Shown piece after piece: positions 1 to 53,900 of a stretch of 64,000 nt of DNA. The notes under the pieces were generated by a model. The model did no database searches, was not told the DNA's origin, and worked only from the letters and a program-made list of their open reading frames with translations. The translations under genes were made by a program, and so were the position numbers. Source of the stretch: Girardia tigrina (lineage: Eukaryota). The DNA is taken from the NCBI GenBank assembly GCA_001938485.1, contig MQRK01229322.1:4949-68948 (forward strand). Direction: 5' to 3'. How positions within the stretch are numbered: the stretch's first letter is position 1; the number at the start of each line of letters is the position of its first letter.

Positions 1-319
1 ATTTATTGAAAATAATTAGTTTGAACTCAGAAAAAATTGATCAAGAGAGATGTCAAATAGTGAATGCGCTTGTAATATTAATAAATGTTGTAAACCTCAT
101 ATTGATGTTGTTAATAACCTGAGCAATGATCTTAGAGGGACGGTGCAGGCATCCAATAGAATGCATAGGGGCACGTGGGCTGACCGTCACTTGTTTCTTG
201 AAGGTATCATTGTCCAGTACAATTAAATGAAAGTTAATTTGAATAACTGTAAAATCAAATGATCGACCCCTCCAGAAGCTCAGCCACCAGTTGGGACATC
301 CTCGTTACTGGTTAAGAAC

Positions 320-560
320 CCGAAGGTGCTCTAATGTTTACACAACTTGTTGATGTAAGCAAAGGAGGCGCGTCTACTCCCCAAGTGTAGTGAATGTCTA
401 TGTAGAGAAGTAGTGAGATTTAGAGTTGCCGTTGAACTCCAAGAAAACGGATGGGGGCTCAGAGCCAACAATAATGTTGTTTTGAAGGGGACCACGACAC
501 ATCGTACACGGAAAGAAGTGACCTGTCGAAAACTTTTATGGTCTAGTGACCCTGAAAATT
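320..560 (+). mobile_element. Possible decayed APE-endonuclease fragment of an RTE-like LINE
   Basis: Translation LCREVVRFRVAVELQE..W...KLLWS resembles APE N-terminal 'ARELxRYxIDIAALQETRW...LLWSG'; heavily degenerate, boundaries approximate. Confidence 0.35.
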
Positions 561-687
561 TGACCTCTTTGTTATCCTGATTTAACCCTTTTAGACTACT
601 TCGTTTATATCATCGTTGAAAAAGAGACCAGCAAACATGCTAAAAATATTATGGTTTTTTTATCTGTTGATATCAGAGAAATTATAC

Positions 688-690
<3 letters not shown>

Positions 691-723
<33 letters not shown>
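691..723. repeat. (TA)n microsatellite
   Basis: Direct inspection. Confidence 0.95.
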
Positions 724-726
<3 letters not shown>

Positions 727-1095
727 GTCACGGGATAAGTACATGTTGTTCTTTTAGAAGCTATATTAAAACTTAATAATGCTGAAGACGGTTTTATTTG
801 TTGGGGTTACGAGAGATGCATATGAACACTTTTGACAAAATTTTATGTAGAAAAAAATTTAAAATAATTATTTTGGTAAAATTATTAATTTCAAACAAAA
901 TAATATTTAGTTTAACAAAATTTGGAATTGAAAATAAAAAATATTTTAGTCTGTTTTATTTTATCAATTTTCAAGGCTGATGAAAATCACTATATAAACA
1001 GCAGCAAATTTAGTTTAGTTTACCCAAAAAAATTCTTTAACGACTAAACAAAAATTTATTATTAAAAATTTATTATTATTTATTATATATTTCAG

Positions 1096-41164
<40,069 letters not shown>

Positions 41165-41789
41165 TTTAGACAGATACATTCTACCTATTAATTTTTAGTA
41201 ATATGGGTTACGGAATAAAATTCATAATGTTTTTATTTTAACAGTGATTACGTTTTCTATACATATGATTATTGAAAAATAATATTGTAACCAATAAATT
41301 TTAGATATTAAGTTAGTTCTTAATTTGCGTCCATTTTAGTAACATTATAGTAACATCAATAATATAATAACTTATCACAAGATGTCAATGTTTTATAGTA
41401 AATTGTAAAATATATAAATCATTGAATGATGTTACATAAATATATAAATCAGAATTCAACTACGAGATCTTGGTTCAGTCTGGTAAAGGCCGTAGGTATA
41501 CCATATTCACTCTAATCTTCCGAAGTTATTATTTATTTCTTCTATGTAAACAAAAAGTCTGCAGATTATATGATATTAATCAAACTGATTACCATAGTTT
41601 TTTATTCTTTAGAGAGGTATCTCTATGATAATTATTTATTAATAATGAATACTTATATTTTGATCGTCATCGGTCAAACATGATTAAAATTACAAAATTT
41701 GAACCATTAAAATTACCCAAAAGTGTATCGGACGTGTTTATATCAGCTAGACTGATGTGAGGCCATCACAGACTATAAAGTCGTCGTCT

Positions 41790-42340
41790 TCCCTCACGAT
41801 TACAAATTTAATTGTCATAGGTGTAAAAACTCTTACATTTGAGATAAAAATCCTCCTCTGAAAACACGGATTAGTGAACACTCACAGTCGAGTAGATCGA
41901 GTAAGGTTCTTCATAACTGTAACTGTTGCAGAGAGAACTTTATAAATTTCAAAAGATGAATTCTCTATTCTTCAGAATAAATTTTAATTCATATTATGAG
42001 AGGTTGTTTCTAATAGGATGTTATAACCCATTGATTAACATTCAAATTGAGAAAAGTAAAGCAGCCTTAATATTAAATATCTTTTAATAAAATTAATTAT
42101 AATATTAACTATCAAAATTGAACTTTAATATTATTTTTTAAATAGTTATAATATTTTATAATATCAAATTTATAATTTTTATTAATTTAAATTTTATAAT
42201 TTTATAAAATTTATATTAAATAAATTATTAAAACAAAAAATAATAATAAAACAAAATAAATTACAACACAAATAGAGTTGCTGAGGATGATCAAGGATTG
42301 TAATCAAAACATGTCAAAAGTTGATTTTTTTAAAAAAATT
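41790..42340 (+). mobile_element. Penelope 3' fragment (GIY-YIG) with decayed hammerhead
   Basis: YKFNCHRCKNSYI...LKTRISEH, PLINIQ; CTGAGGA...aAAACATGTC near 42281-42316. Confidence 0.7.
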
Positions 42341-42347
42341 TTACAAA

Positions 42348-42406
42348 TATATATATNNNNNNNNNNNNNNNNNNNNNNNNNNNNNNNNNNNNNNNNNNNN
42401 NNNNNN

Positions 42407-42441
<35 letters not shown>
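42348..42441. repeat. (TA)n microsatellite spanning an N-gap
   Basis: Direct inspection. Confidence 0.9.
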
Positions 42442-42445
<4 letters not shown>

Positions 42446-43687
42446 GTCATGTCAAAAGAAATTTCGTTTTTATTGAAGATTAATTTTAATGTTTTTTTTT
42501 CAAAATACAAGTATTTTAATCTACAATATAGTCTCCTTCTCGTTGAATAACTTCTTCTCATCGTGAAATCAACTTTTCTATGCCTGATTTGTAAAAGTCT
42601 TCAGATTTTGATTCCAAATACTCGCCAAGGGCATTTTTGAGAGCATCAAATGAGCTAATTTTTTCCTACCAGAACGTGCTGCAAAGACCTAAATAAATGA
42701 TAATCTGAAGAATCTAAATGTGAGCTATACAGTGGGTGAGGCAAAAGATCGCAGTTAAATTTATTAATTTTTTGCAGAGTCTTCTTTGAAGTATGCGGTC
42801 TCAGATTGTCTTGGTGCAATATAACCCATTTTCTATTTGAATTGCAGGCAATTTCTCATTGATTTTTACATTTAAACGATTTAGTTGTTCTACGTACGTA
42901 TCTGCATTAATTGTATTACCAGGCTTTAATAACTGAACGATACATTTTGTACACCACCAAGCGCAAAACAATACCTTTTTTGCATGAATGTTAGATTTTT
43001 CAGTTGATGTTGAAGCTTGTCCAAGAGAAAGTCACTGTCTTTTTCTTTTGGGATTGTTGTATAACACCCATTTTTTCATATCTCGTGATAACTCTATCAA
43101 GAAAAGGTTCATTTTTTTGACGCAATAGGAGTGAACTGCAAATGGAAAATCTTTGAATTTCGTTGCTTTCGCTTAAATCATGTCGAACCCATCTACTGGC
43201 TTTGCTTGTTTTCCCAATTGCTATTAAATGTCGATGGATTGTCTTCCTATCTATGCCTGTTTCAGAGCCTTATTCGTCCAGGGTCATTGTTAGATTTTCT
43301 TCCACTACCAAGCCCAAACTTTCATTTTCTACAGTTGACGATCGATCAGATCTTTCTTCATTTTTCAGATCGAAATTGCATTCATCACATTTTCCAAACC
43401 ATCTCTGACACTTTAAAACATCCAGAGCTCCAGGATAAACGGCATTAATTTTTCTTGTCGTCACTGTAGCATTTTGTCCTTTATTAAATTGGTAAAGCAT
43501 ATAATTTCGTAATTGGTCTTCGGAGAGTGGATAGCTTGGCATGTTTTTGCTTCTTATGCAAATTAATTATATCTTCTACAAAATATTATAAAATTTATGA
43601 TGTCAAAAATGCATGTATTGAAATCAATCTAACAAATTAATTACAAATCAATAATAAAAAAGCGACATTACTTATGACATGACCTAA
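42442..43687 (-). mobile_element. Full-length (1246 bp) mariner DD34D element, inactivated
   Basis: TIRs TTAGGTCATGTCA with TA flanks; LRNYMLYQF..G, CQRWF, ILHQDNLRPHT, HPLYSSHLDSSDYHLF; stops and frameshifts. Confidence 0.92.
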
Positions 43688-43939
43688 TATATATTTATAC
43701 AAAATGTACACAAACAGATATATCAAAACATTAAGGTTACATTAGACAAATTATGTACACAAACAGAGACTAAGAGATGATGAAAGAAAGAAATCATTGA
43801 AGAACACAAATAAATGATCAAAATACCATATTCTGAAGGATTTAAAGCATTTAAGAAGAGTATTTGTAAGAAAATTGGTTTCAATAACATCCAAAGTTCA
43901 AAGCTTCTCGAATAAATCGAAAACGATTTGTCGATAGTA

Positions 43940-44280
43940 AGCTAATGGGATTTATAAATTTTATTGTCAAGGTGTAAAAATTCGTTCATTGGGGAGAAAA
44001 ATTGTCATCTAGAAACCCGGATTAGTGAGCATTGACAATCAAGTCGATCGAGTAAGGTTCTTGATCATTGTTTACATTGTAAAAACGGAATATATTCCAT
44101 TTCAAAGGATGAGTTTTCTGTTTTACAGTAAGACTTTGATTAACATTATGAGTGACAGTTCTGTTAATCATTATTGATAAGACACTACGAACTATTAATT
44201 AATATTCAAAATGGGAAAAGTTAAACTGTGTCAATTCTTTAAATCTTTAATTAAAATAAATAAAAGAATTACCATTAATA
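43940..44280 (+). mobile_element. Penelope 3' fragment (GIY-YIG)
   Basis: IYKFYCQGVKNSFIGE..HLETRISEH; similar to 41790-42090. Confidence 0.7.
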
Positions 44281-44296
44281 CCATATATATATATAT

Positions 44297-44720
44297 ATGG
44301 ACGACCGAGTACCAGACCGATACCAGACCGAGTGGAGGCGGCCAGCACCTCTTAGATGTGCCTGGACTTGGTTCCCGGAGAGATCGCCGTGTATGTTCAA
44401 CGGCGTCTGTTTGCCGATCGGGTCCGGTGATCGTCGGTCGATACGTCATTGGATGTCAGTCCCGCGATTTGCTCGCGGCGGTTNGTTGAGACCGCTCTGT
44501 TCGTCGAAACACGGCCCGATTGCGTGGTCGGTGAGATTATGGGGATCCGCCATGCTCGCCAAATTGTGTGAAGCGATGGTGCTCGGGATCCGACCGATCG
44601 AGGCCGCTGCTGCACAGTGCGGTTTGAATAGTATTTCAAAATCCTCAACGAAACACGATTTAGATTCATTCCGTCAATATCATCATCGGCTAAAAACATC
44701 AGAACGATGATTAATATTCC
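44297..44720. other. GC/CpG-rich island, probably a captured and decayed coding fragment of unknown origin
   Basis: Abruptly GC-rich against AT-rich flanks; one + frame reads as protein-like text broken only by TGA codons. Confidence 0.4.
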
Positions 44721-45329
44721 CTTCAATTGAAAACATAAAAAGCATTCATAATTTATTTATTCAAAACAATGTGTCATCATATATTATTTAAACAATTATG
44801 TGATCAAAAATTATTTATACAAAACTGTAATTTTTTTGTTTCTTATTTGATCACCACAATTAGCCCTAAGTTTTCTAACAGCATAATAATAAGAATAATT
44901 TAAAATTCTTATGTTTAAAATGTAAACTCTCAAAATTTTTTAAAAATTTAGGAAAATCCCCCTCCCGAAAATTTGAAATCATGATCTTACTTACTTCAAA
45001 GTTTTTTAACTGACTATTAATAAGAATAAGTTTGAATGTTTGAGTTATAATTTGTGAACTATCCAAAACAATTAATATTTTGAAAATTTAAAGTCCAGAG
45101 CTCAGAAATTTTTCTTCCTCAAAGCATAAAACATGCTGCAGATTACGAAATCATCCTATCTATAGAAGCCAGTAATGAACAATGACGAAGTGATATTTGA
45201 GCTGCAGTAGTGTTAATTCAATTATTTTATAAATAATAATTGAATAATAATAAAGTTAAGTTTTTTTAACTTTAAAAATAAAAACACAAAAAAAGAATGT
45301 AATGGATTACGTAATAATATATCCCCCAC

Positions 45330-45770
45330 CGAAATATTTTTACTGCTTTCGCGCTTCATGCGAAAGCATTAGGTTAGATTGAAATAGAACTCCTCAATTC
45401 ATCAAGAGTTTCGCTGTGGTTATTGTCTTTGAGATAATCCCAAAGAAACCAATCACTCGACTTCTTTGGAGCGTCGAGATCGATCACTCTAGATCCAAAT
45501 TCACTGGCCAAAAAGTATGAAAACTTCTTCGGTTTTCTGATGTACACATGAACCAAATTTCTTCCACCATGCCAGGTTCTCTCATCTTTGTTTAAATTGT
45601 TGATGTTTTTAATATTTGGTGAATAATCACTCCAGTAACAGTAGATTCAATGAATATCGGTCTAACAATAGTTTTTGATGAGGTGACACACCATACTGTT
45701 AGACGGTTTTACAATCATTACACATGGATTCTCTAGTACCCAGTATCACATGTTATGCTTGATTTTCTTT
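45330..45770 (-). mobile_element. Decayed rosa/DD41D-like Tc1/mariner fragment
   Basis: TVWC...PIFIESTVTG and SDWFLWDYLKD (cf. DFFLWGYLK); approximate limits. Confidence 0.6.
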
Positions 45771-48173
45771 GACTTACGTGTTAAAGTAAATAGCTGATGG
45801 CTGTGATTTTCGTTGTGATGTAGATAATAATTGAATGTTAACGGAATTAGATTTTTATTGGAAGTAACAACCCATTAGAGACAGTTGGTTAAAAATTAAG
45901 AGGATGATTGATTCGTTGAGAAGAATAATATGTCGGCGATATTGAAAACAGGTAATAAAATTTTATATAGATCCAAAATCTTGAAAAGCTGACGAAAGAA
46001 TTCCAAATTTAATACGAACTATCAAGACTGTAAATCCTTTATATTAATTTTTATTGATTTTACATTAACATTATTCTTATATAGTTTAATACATCGCATC
46101 TTTTATAAATACTATTTTATACCTAAATAAATGAAAAGCAAGTCAATCGATTTAACATAAAATGAAAAAGAAAGCGAAAAATTAATTTTAACTTTTGTTC
46201 TATTATATACAAGATAATGTAACGGAATAATTTCGATAAGTAATCTTTCCTATCTTAATAATAATAATATATACATACAAAAGGATCCTTTATTATTTAA
46301 CAAGAAAGACAGTTTGTATTCCTTTTTGATATTGTTTATTGTTCTTTTTCTATGCTTTCAAAATGAAAAACTTAAAATTATAAGGAAAAATACATATCGT
46401 GTCTTTAAATTTTATATGTATAACCTTTACATACAATATTTCTGAACGACATTTATTAGAGCGTAAAAAATAATAAATGATTATATACCACATTATAAAT
46501 ATTGTAAAATAAATTTCTAATTTTAATGATGATACTTAATAATACTTTATTTGAGAATCAAATTAAATTTAAAAACTTATCTTAATATTACAAGTTTTGT
46601 TAATTCTAAAAGGTTTTCTTTTGTAAAATTTAAGTATTTTGATTTGTCTAAAAGCAATTCAAAATTTCTAAGTATAAAAAAAGAATGAAAGCTTTTTTAT
46701 GAAATTAGTCGGAAAAAATATTTTATATAATTAAAATAAAAAATAAATAAAATTAAGATCATAAAAGATAAACTTAATTTTTTGTTCAGAATATTAATTA
46801 AGAAACTAGTGTAAAATTTAATGTAATTTACTAATTATGATTTATGTCGATTAGAATCAAGAACGGTGATTTATTTGTTCCATTTTCATAAAAGATGAAT
46901 TTTCCGGTATTTTTCTGTAGATTTATTTAAAAGTATTCTGTATTTTAATGGGTTAACCCGTTTATTTGGTCATCTTGGAATGTCAATAAACATTTCTTTT
47001 CCTCTGTATCCGGCTTTAAACTTGATTTACATATATCCGCTTTATTTTAATCATGAGTTTGAGTTGACAGTCATTTCTATTATTGGCAGAATGTCAATCA
47101 TATTCGATGAAGTTCTCAAAGATACTGTTGCTGAAAAATTAGCTAATAGGTTTATATATAAATATTTAGAAAATAAACATGCATAAAGCAAGATTTTTAA
47201 TTAGTATATTGTAATAAAACAAAAGATATGTGTCCCAATTAAAAGAATCAACAAAGGCTACATAGACAAAGGTCGCCCTTATCTACAAAGGTGCAATAAG
47301 TCATTGTATTTCAAACTTAAAAAACACCCGAGATGGAGGCCAATTAAACATTGTTCTAATCGGTTTATTGTACAAAATAAGTAGGAGCTCATTAGTCTCT
47401 TTAATGAGATGAATAGTTTTTGAGAAACGTAGATGTCCAGCAAAAATTTGTGGAAGTGAATTGATTAATAAGTTTGAGTTTGTAATCTCTGTCTATCATT
47501 TTTTCTAGATGTGCCATTTTGTTTATCTATAATAAAAATAATTTAAATTTTTAAATTAAAAAATTAAAAAATATAATATCATTTTTTAAATCTTCATCAT
47601 TGTAAAAATTTAGTTAATTTTATTCTTTTCGATACGCTATAGTAATTATTTCTTATGAATTCTTTATCAAAATCTTTATTAATTTTTTTAATTGTTTAAT
47701 ATTTGCTTAATAGCAAAAGAACTTTTTGAACAGACTGAAAAAATCTGTGATATATTCCAGAATTATGTGTAATGATACTCAGGTTATTGAATAGAATTTT
47801 AAAGTGCATTACGTGAGGAGTAAACTGCAAAAATTATTATTATTTCAAATGATTGTTCAAAAATCACTCGAAAAGTTATTATTTTGCGTTCCTTTTCAAA
47901 ATACTATGTTGAACAGTGGGTCACTCGGCTCACACGTAGCAAGAGATGTAAATTAATATCAACTACTCAAACTCTTGACCATTAACAATACGTTCTTTAA
48001 TAGCTAGCTAAGTCAAGTTGTCATAAATCTTAAATCTATGTTCAATTAGAAGGTCTTGAGAGAAATCGTTTAATATTTAATTTAAATTATATATTTAAGG
48101 TATACTTCGCGTATGCATAAAAAGTTTTAAATGGCAAAACATCATGAAATTTTTGTTGTTTCAAAATCTATAG

Positions 48174-48671
48174 TATTAAGAACATTTAGACAAGTCGCGT
48201 TTGAACTTTTATTGCAATCACATTTAGAGTCATTATGACTCTCAGAAAGTCTTTCGTCGTTTTTCATCATTCTAATTGGTTTTCTTATTTTTATTTTTAA
48301 TCATTATTATTCGAACAATTTTTTCTAAGTCATTTTATTAAATATATTAATTAATATTAATTAAAAATAATAAATTTTACCATTTCTCAAGAAATCCCAA
48401 AATAATAAAAATGTCATCAAATTATTAAAAATACATTTAATTTAAATTTTATCAAAAAATATTAAACTTAATTTTAATTGTTAAATTAAAAATATGAACT
48501 TATAAAATGATAATTTTAATTATGTTCGAATAGTCAATCACTTTAAATTTAAATAAAAAAATACCAATTTCCATCTGGGTTGGAGAATTACCATTCTAAA
48601 TTCAACATACTTAAATCAACATAAAGCATCACTACATTTACACATTCAAACAATTTAAAATATTCCTCACA
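48174..48671 (-). mobile_element. Solo LTR of the Gypsy clade
   Basis: TGTGAGGAATATT...GTTCTTAATA (CA>TA); perfect 5-bp TSD TATAG (48169-48173 / 48672-48676); shared CAGATGG motif and CDCNK peptide. Confidence 0.85.
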
Positions 48672-50943
48672 TATAGTGTAATCGTTATCATTTAAAAAAA
48701 TCAAATTATATGAAATACATAAGAAATTGATTGGAAAAATAAACGTAAATTAAAAAGTAAAAGTCATCTAATGAAAAAAGATAGAAAATTAACTTCTCAT
48801 TAGCGAAATCTCATATACGAAAAGAATTTTTAATGTTTTTTTACTATAGAAAGCAAGTTTTTAGTTAACAATTTCCATATGATTTAAAACAAAATCCTAT
48901 AGAGACGGGGTCAGAAATGATCGACAAAATAGAAATAGTCCTAATAAAAACTAAAGATAAAGGTTTTGTTCAACGAAAATTAAAAATAAAAAGATCATTT
49001 TAATGGTTATTACAATCAAATTTGATCACCAAGAAAATGTTTGAATATCAAATATATATATTTGTTAAACTTAAAAATAGGTTTTAGTTCAATATCTTGA
49101 AAGTAAATATATCAAAACATTATGGTAATAAATAATTGTATACTTTATAAAAGGATGATCTGAATTAATAGTTACCCTAAACCACTTTTGTTAATTGTTT
49201 TTTTTATAAAGATGTATTTTAAGTATTAATAGAGCAGAACTAAACTGCTTGTTTTCTTAACTTTCGGTGAACTATTTCTTTCATATTTTTAGTCTAACCA
49301 GTTTTACTAACAATAAGTGGAATAATAATTAAAACTCAACTAGTAAATAATTTTTCAGAGATAATATATATTATACACTAATGATGATTAAGTTTTAATA
49401 TTTATAATTTAATAATAATTATCAAGATGGCTCAAAGTAAAATCTATGATCAAATAAGTTAAAAAAATATTTAAAAACATGTTTCAAGCCGTATTTTAAT
49501 ATGATAATGCTTATGAAAATTTTTATGACTTTTACTTTGTAATTTAATAATTACGATCTAGTAGAAATTGAAAAACACTAGTAAAGAATACCATAAAAAA
49601 AGTTAATTCAAATAAATCAAGGCAAAACATTAAGAAAAACTTGGAAAAAGAAAATGATAAATGTGTTGATTTTAAGTAAAGACATGCTTTCTAAAAGATG
49701 AACATATATGTCTTGAATAATATAAAAAACAATACATTCAAATCAAGTTCCCAGAAAGATGACGGAAAAAATTGATTCTTATAAGGTTAATATTAAATTA
49801 TTATAATGGAATTTTACTTCAACACAAAAGTTCGCATAGGAAAACAATCATTTCATTAAACTATAATAAATTGGTATGTAATGAAAAATAATACATTTTC
49901 TGTAATCCTTCATTGATTTCAGTCGTTGATATTCTTTATAAATACTGTAAATAAAAATTACAAAGTACACCCTATACTTTTGGACGTATAAAGGTTTTCG
50001 GGTTTATTTATTTTGAATTATATTCCTTCTATAAATGCTCTAAATATTTTTTTCAAATGATTTTCATAATGTTTTTATGGAAATAAAATTTTCTTACTTA
50101 AATTTGATTATTTTATATATGTTTTACTCAAATATTTTTTGCTAAATTGTATTGCAGTAATGTATAGAATGGTTAAGAAGAATAAACAAAGATGTTTACA
50201 TCTGTTAAAACACTAAAAGTGTGAAAATCATTAATATTTCCACATTAAAATTGCGTGTATTATCAATTAACTATTAATTATCAATTAACAATTAATTAAG
50301 TTATAATTATCAATTTAAGAAAGTCGTAAAATTTCATTTTATTCGATAAAGTATATACAACAAAGACGTTTTATAAAGAGATTATTTATCAGTAATTTAA
50401 TGGATATACAAAAATTGGAAAAATAATCTCAGTAGGAAAATTTAACAGATGTTTATTTTATTTATTTTTTTAGTAAAATACTTATGAAGGATGTGATTGA
50501 GTTTTGATAGAAAACATTTGTAGCATATTAAAGTATTTTATTTTCACTTTTTTCTTTAATTGTTTATCTTTTATTTTTTTGAAACAAATACGACATCCGT
50601 CACCTATAAAATTATTCATTTTATAGCCCGACAATGTTATATAAATGTCTACTATTTTTTCATTTAACTTTTGATAATGCAGTTTATTGTAATTATATTT
50701 TGTACAATGTTAACTAGAATTTGACCATCTAATTTTAAAGTGATGCAAATACTATTAACATAAATATTAACTTTTCATAAATAATTAGAAAAATCCAACT
50801 TTCAAAATCATTGACTCTGAAATTCTTATAACTATAATTCATACATTAAGAGTATTCCTAAATGCATGCAAATAAAAAATACAGTTTACTTGTTTAAAAC
50901 TTTAAGTTTTTTTTGAAGCATAAACTACATAGAATATGGTTAC

Positions 50944-53900
50944 TGCGAGGAATATGGGGTGTGTAATTGTTTTTTGTAGTGTTTGCATGTTTAAATGTTG
51001 TGTGTTGATTTGGGATACCTCGACACAGATACCTCGAGATGGGGAAATATTGGTGATTAGAGACAACCCATCAGATGAGGACAAACTAAAAAGAATAACG
51101 GATATATTTAACAAGCAAATTGACGGGCAATTAATGAAGATTCTAGCACATTATAAAGCAGTATTCATGGCTGATAAGTGGAATATTGGGAAAACATCAT
51201 TGACAAAACACAGAATAGAAACACACGGGGATCCTTAAAACCTTATCGGCAACCAAAACATTTTGAGGATAAATTGGATGATGTTATTAAAAATTTCGAA
51301 GAAAATGACATAATCGAAAAGTGTAGCTCACCATGGAATTTCCCATTAGTATGTGTGTGGAAGAAGGAAAAACAAGATATTCGAGTGTGTGTAGACTACT
51401 ACCAGTTAAATAGAATTACCGTCAGGCCAGCGTTTCCTATGCCAAATGTAGATAACATGCTGAACACACTGAATGGTCCGCAATATTTTAGTACAATTGA
51501 TCTTGGAAACGCGTATTAGCAAGTCAAGTTGGAAGAAGAATGAAAGATTAAAACAACATTCTCAACAAAGAACGGGTAGTATTGTTTCGGGATAGCAGCA
51601 GCCCCAGAAACTTTCCAAGAGCTAATGATCAAAGTCCTAGGAGATTTAAACTGGAAAGAGGCCGTAGTATATTTGGACGATATTTGGACGATTTTTGGTT
51701 TTTGCAAAAAATAAAGAAGAGCATATGCAACGAATAAAACATGTACTGGAAAAAATAAAGGAAGCAGGTTTAAGAATTAACCCTGAAATGTGTCAATTTT
51801 TAACAGAAAGAACAAATTTTTTAGGATATATTGTCAGTAAAAATGGTATAGAAACTAATCAAACAAAGATTGAAGCCATTAAAAAATCTCATAACCCATC
51901 ATGTATCAAAAATTTGAGAATTTTCTTGGGTCTAACAAATTACTACAGAAAATTTTTAAAAGATTACGCAAAATACTCAAAAGTTTGTGTTGTAAGAATA
52001 AAGACAAGAAAATAATATGGACGGAAGAATGCGAGGAAGCTTTTCGAAAGAAAAAAGGATTGACACCCCGATACTGGCGTATCCTGATTTTGAGAAGGAG
52101 TTTATACTGGATACGGATGCAAGCTTCGATACAATCGGGGCAGTATTATCACAGAAGGACACGTATGGCAGAGAGAGAGTGATCGTGTATGGATCACATA
52201 AAATGAACAAACACAAGCTTGGATATTGTGTTACAAGAAAAGAGTTGCTGGCAATTTATTATTTTGCACAAAATTTTAAACACTTCTTATACGGTAAAAG
52301 ATTTTTACTAAGAACTGATCATAAAGTTCTTAACTTTATAACAATAACAATATTTAATAACAATAAATAACACCGCAATTTCAAACGTGGATAAATTTTC
52401 TTAGTAGTTTGGATATGAGAATGGAATATCGGAAAGGAAGAAAACACTCAAATTCAGATGCAATGTCGAGAAATTCTTGTGAATTATGTAGTCAGTGTCA
52501 AACCATGCACGAAGAAGCTAAGAAAGGAAAAATTAAAACACGAATCATGGCTTTAGACGAAGAATCAAAAGAGTTCAAGTGGCAGAAAGATAATGACGAG
52601 ATAAATCAGATCAGAGAAGATATTATAATGGGAAGAACAAAGACATTGATATTGAAAAACAATATTGTGACAACAATAGATAACAAATATTGGATTCCGA
52701 GAACCAAAAGGACAGAATTCGTGGAAGACGCTCACAAGATGCTGTGCTAGGCTGGTAGTAAAAAGGTTTATAACTATTTGAAAAATGATTTTGATATGGT
52801 TAATGAGAGAGATAATTAAGGAAATTGTAAAATGTTGCATAAACTGTCAAAAGAGAAAGACTTTAATCACAAAAACGAAAAAAAGCTTTATTAAGCAATT
52901 CGCTGATGAACCATTCAAAAGCTGTACATGGATTTTTGCTGACCATTTAAAAGGACTTTAAATGTATATCAACATATATTAGCTATAATCGATCAATTTA
53001 GCAGATATATTAGTCTGAATGCTGTAATTCATCAAGATGAGAAAACTGCACGGAAGGTACTACTGGACAGATGGATTTGGAAATTCGGACCACCAAAAGA
53101 GATTCATGTGGATAGAGGTAAAGCATTCGAATCGACACTCTTCAAAGACACACTGAAGAGATTTAAAGCAGAAATAATTTACTCCACTCCTTATCATCAC
53201 AATACCAATAGCATCATTGAAAGAAAATTTAGAACTATTAGAGATGCTATGAACATAAGGATAAAAGATCAAGCCCACAAAGATTGGACAGAAATGTTTT
53301 GCCAGAAGTAGAATTTATGATGAACAGCACAATTCAAGCTATCACAGGTATCTCACCAGCAGAAATGATATTTGGTAGGAAGCTAAGACATTGGTGGAAA
53401 GATCCTAAGAAACAGATTTGTAATAAGAAAGAATAGAGCGAAAATACGATATAGACAAAACAAATATTTCATGAGGGAATAAATTATTGATAAAAAAAGA
53501 AAATGCAATAAAAAAAATCGATATATGGGCCCAGACACAGTATAAAGCAGAAGACATGAAAGAAGTTATGAATTGGAGCTAGAAGATGGTAGAATTTCGA
53601 TCAGAAATGTGGAATGGCTAAAGCCATTTAAATCGAGGGGGATGTGAGGAATATGGGGTGTGTAATTGTTTTTTGTAGTGTTTGCATGTTTAAATGTTGT
53701 GTGTTGATATGGGATTGTGCCTCTCCTAATCAGATGGATGATCAATATTTTAATTCTTATTATCCGAAACTAATTTATTTAAATTTAGATTTAATATTCA
53801 AATTTTTAATTTTTATTATTGTAACTTTTAAATAATTTTATTTTTGTAAATTTTTAAATAATTAAAATCAAATAATGTTTTAAAATGACTTTAGAAATAT

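Noticed and set aside
45900-50900. Intergenic AT-rich region searched for host exons, tRNA or rRNA genes
   Set aside because: Nothing supportable apart from the solo LTR at 48174-48671
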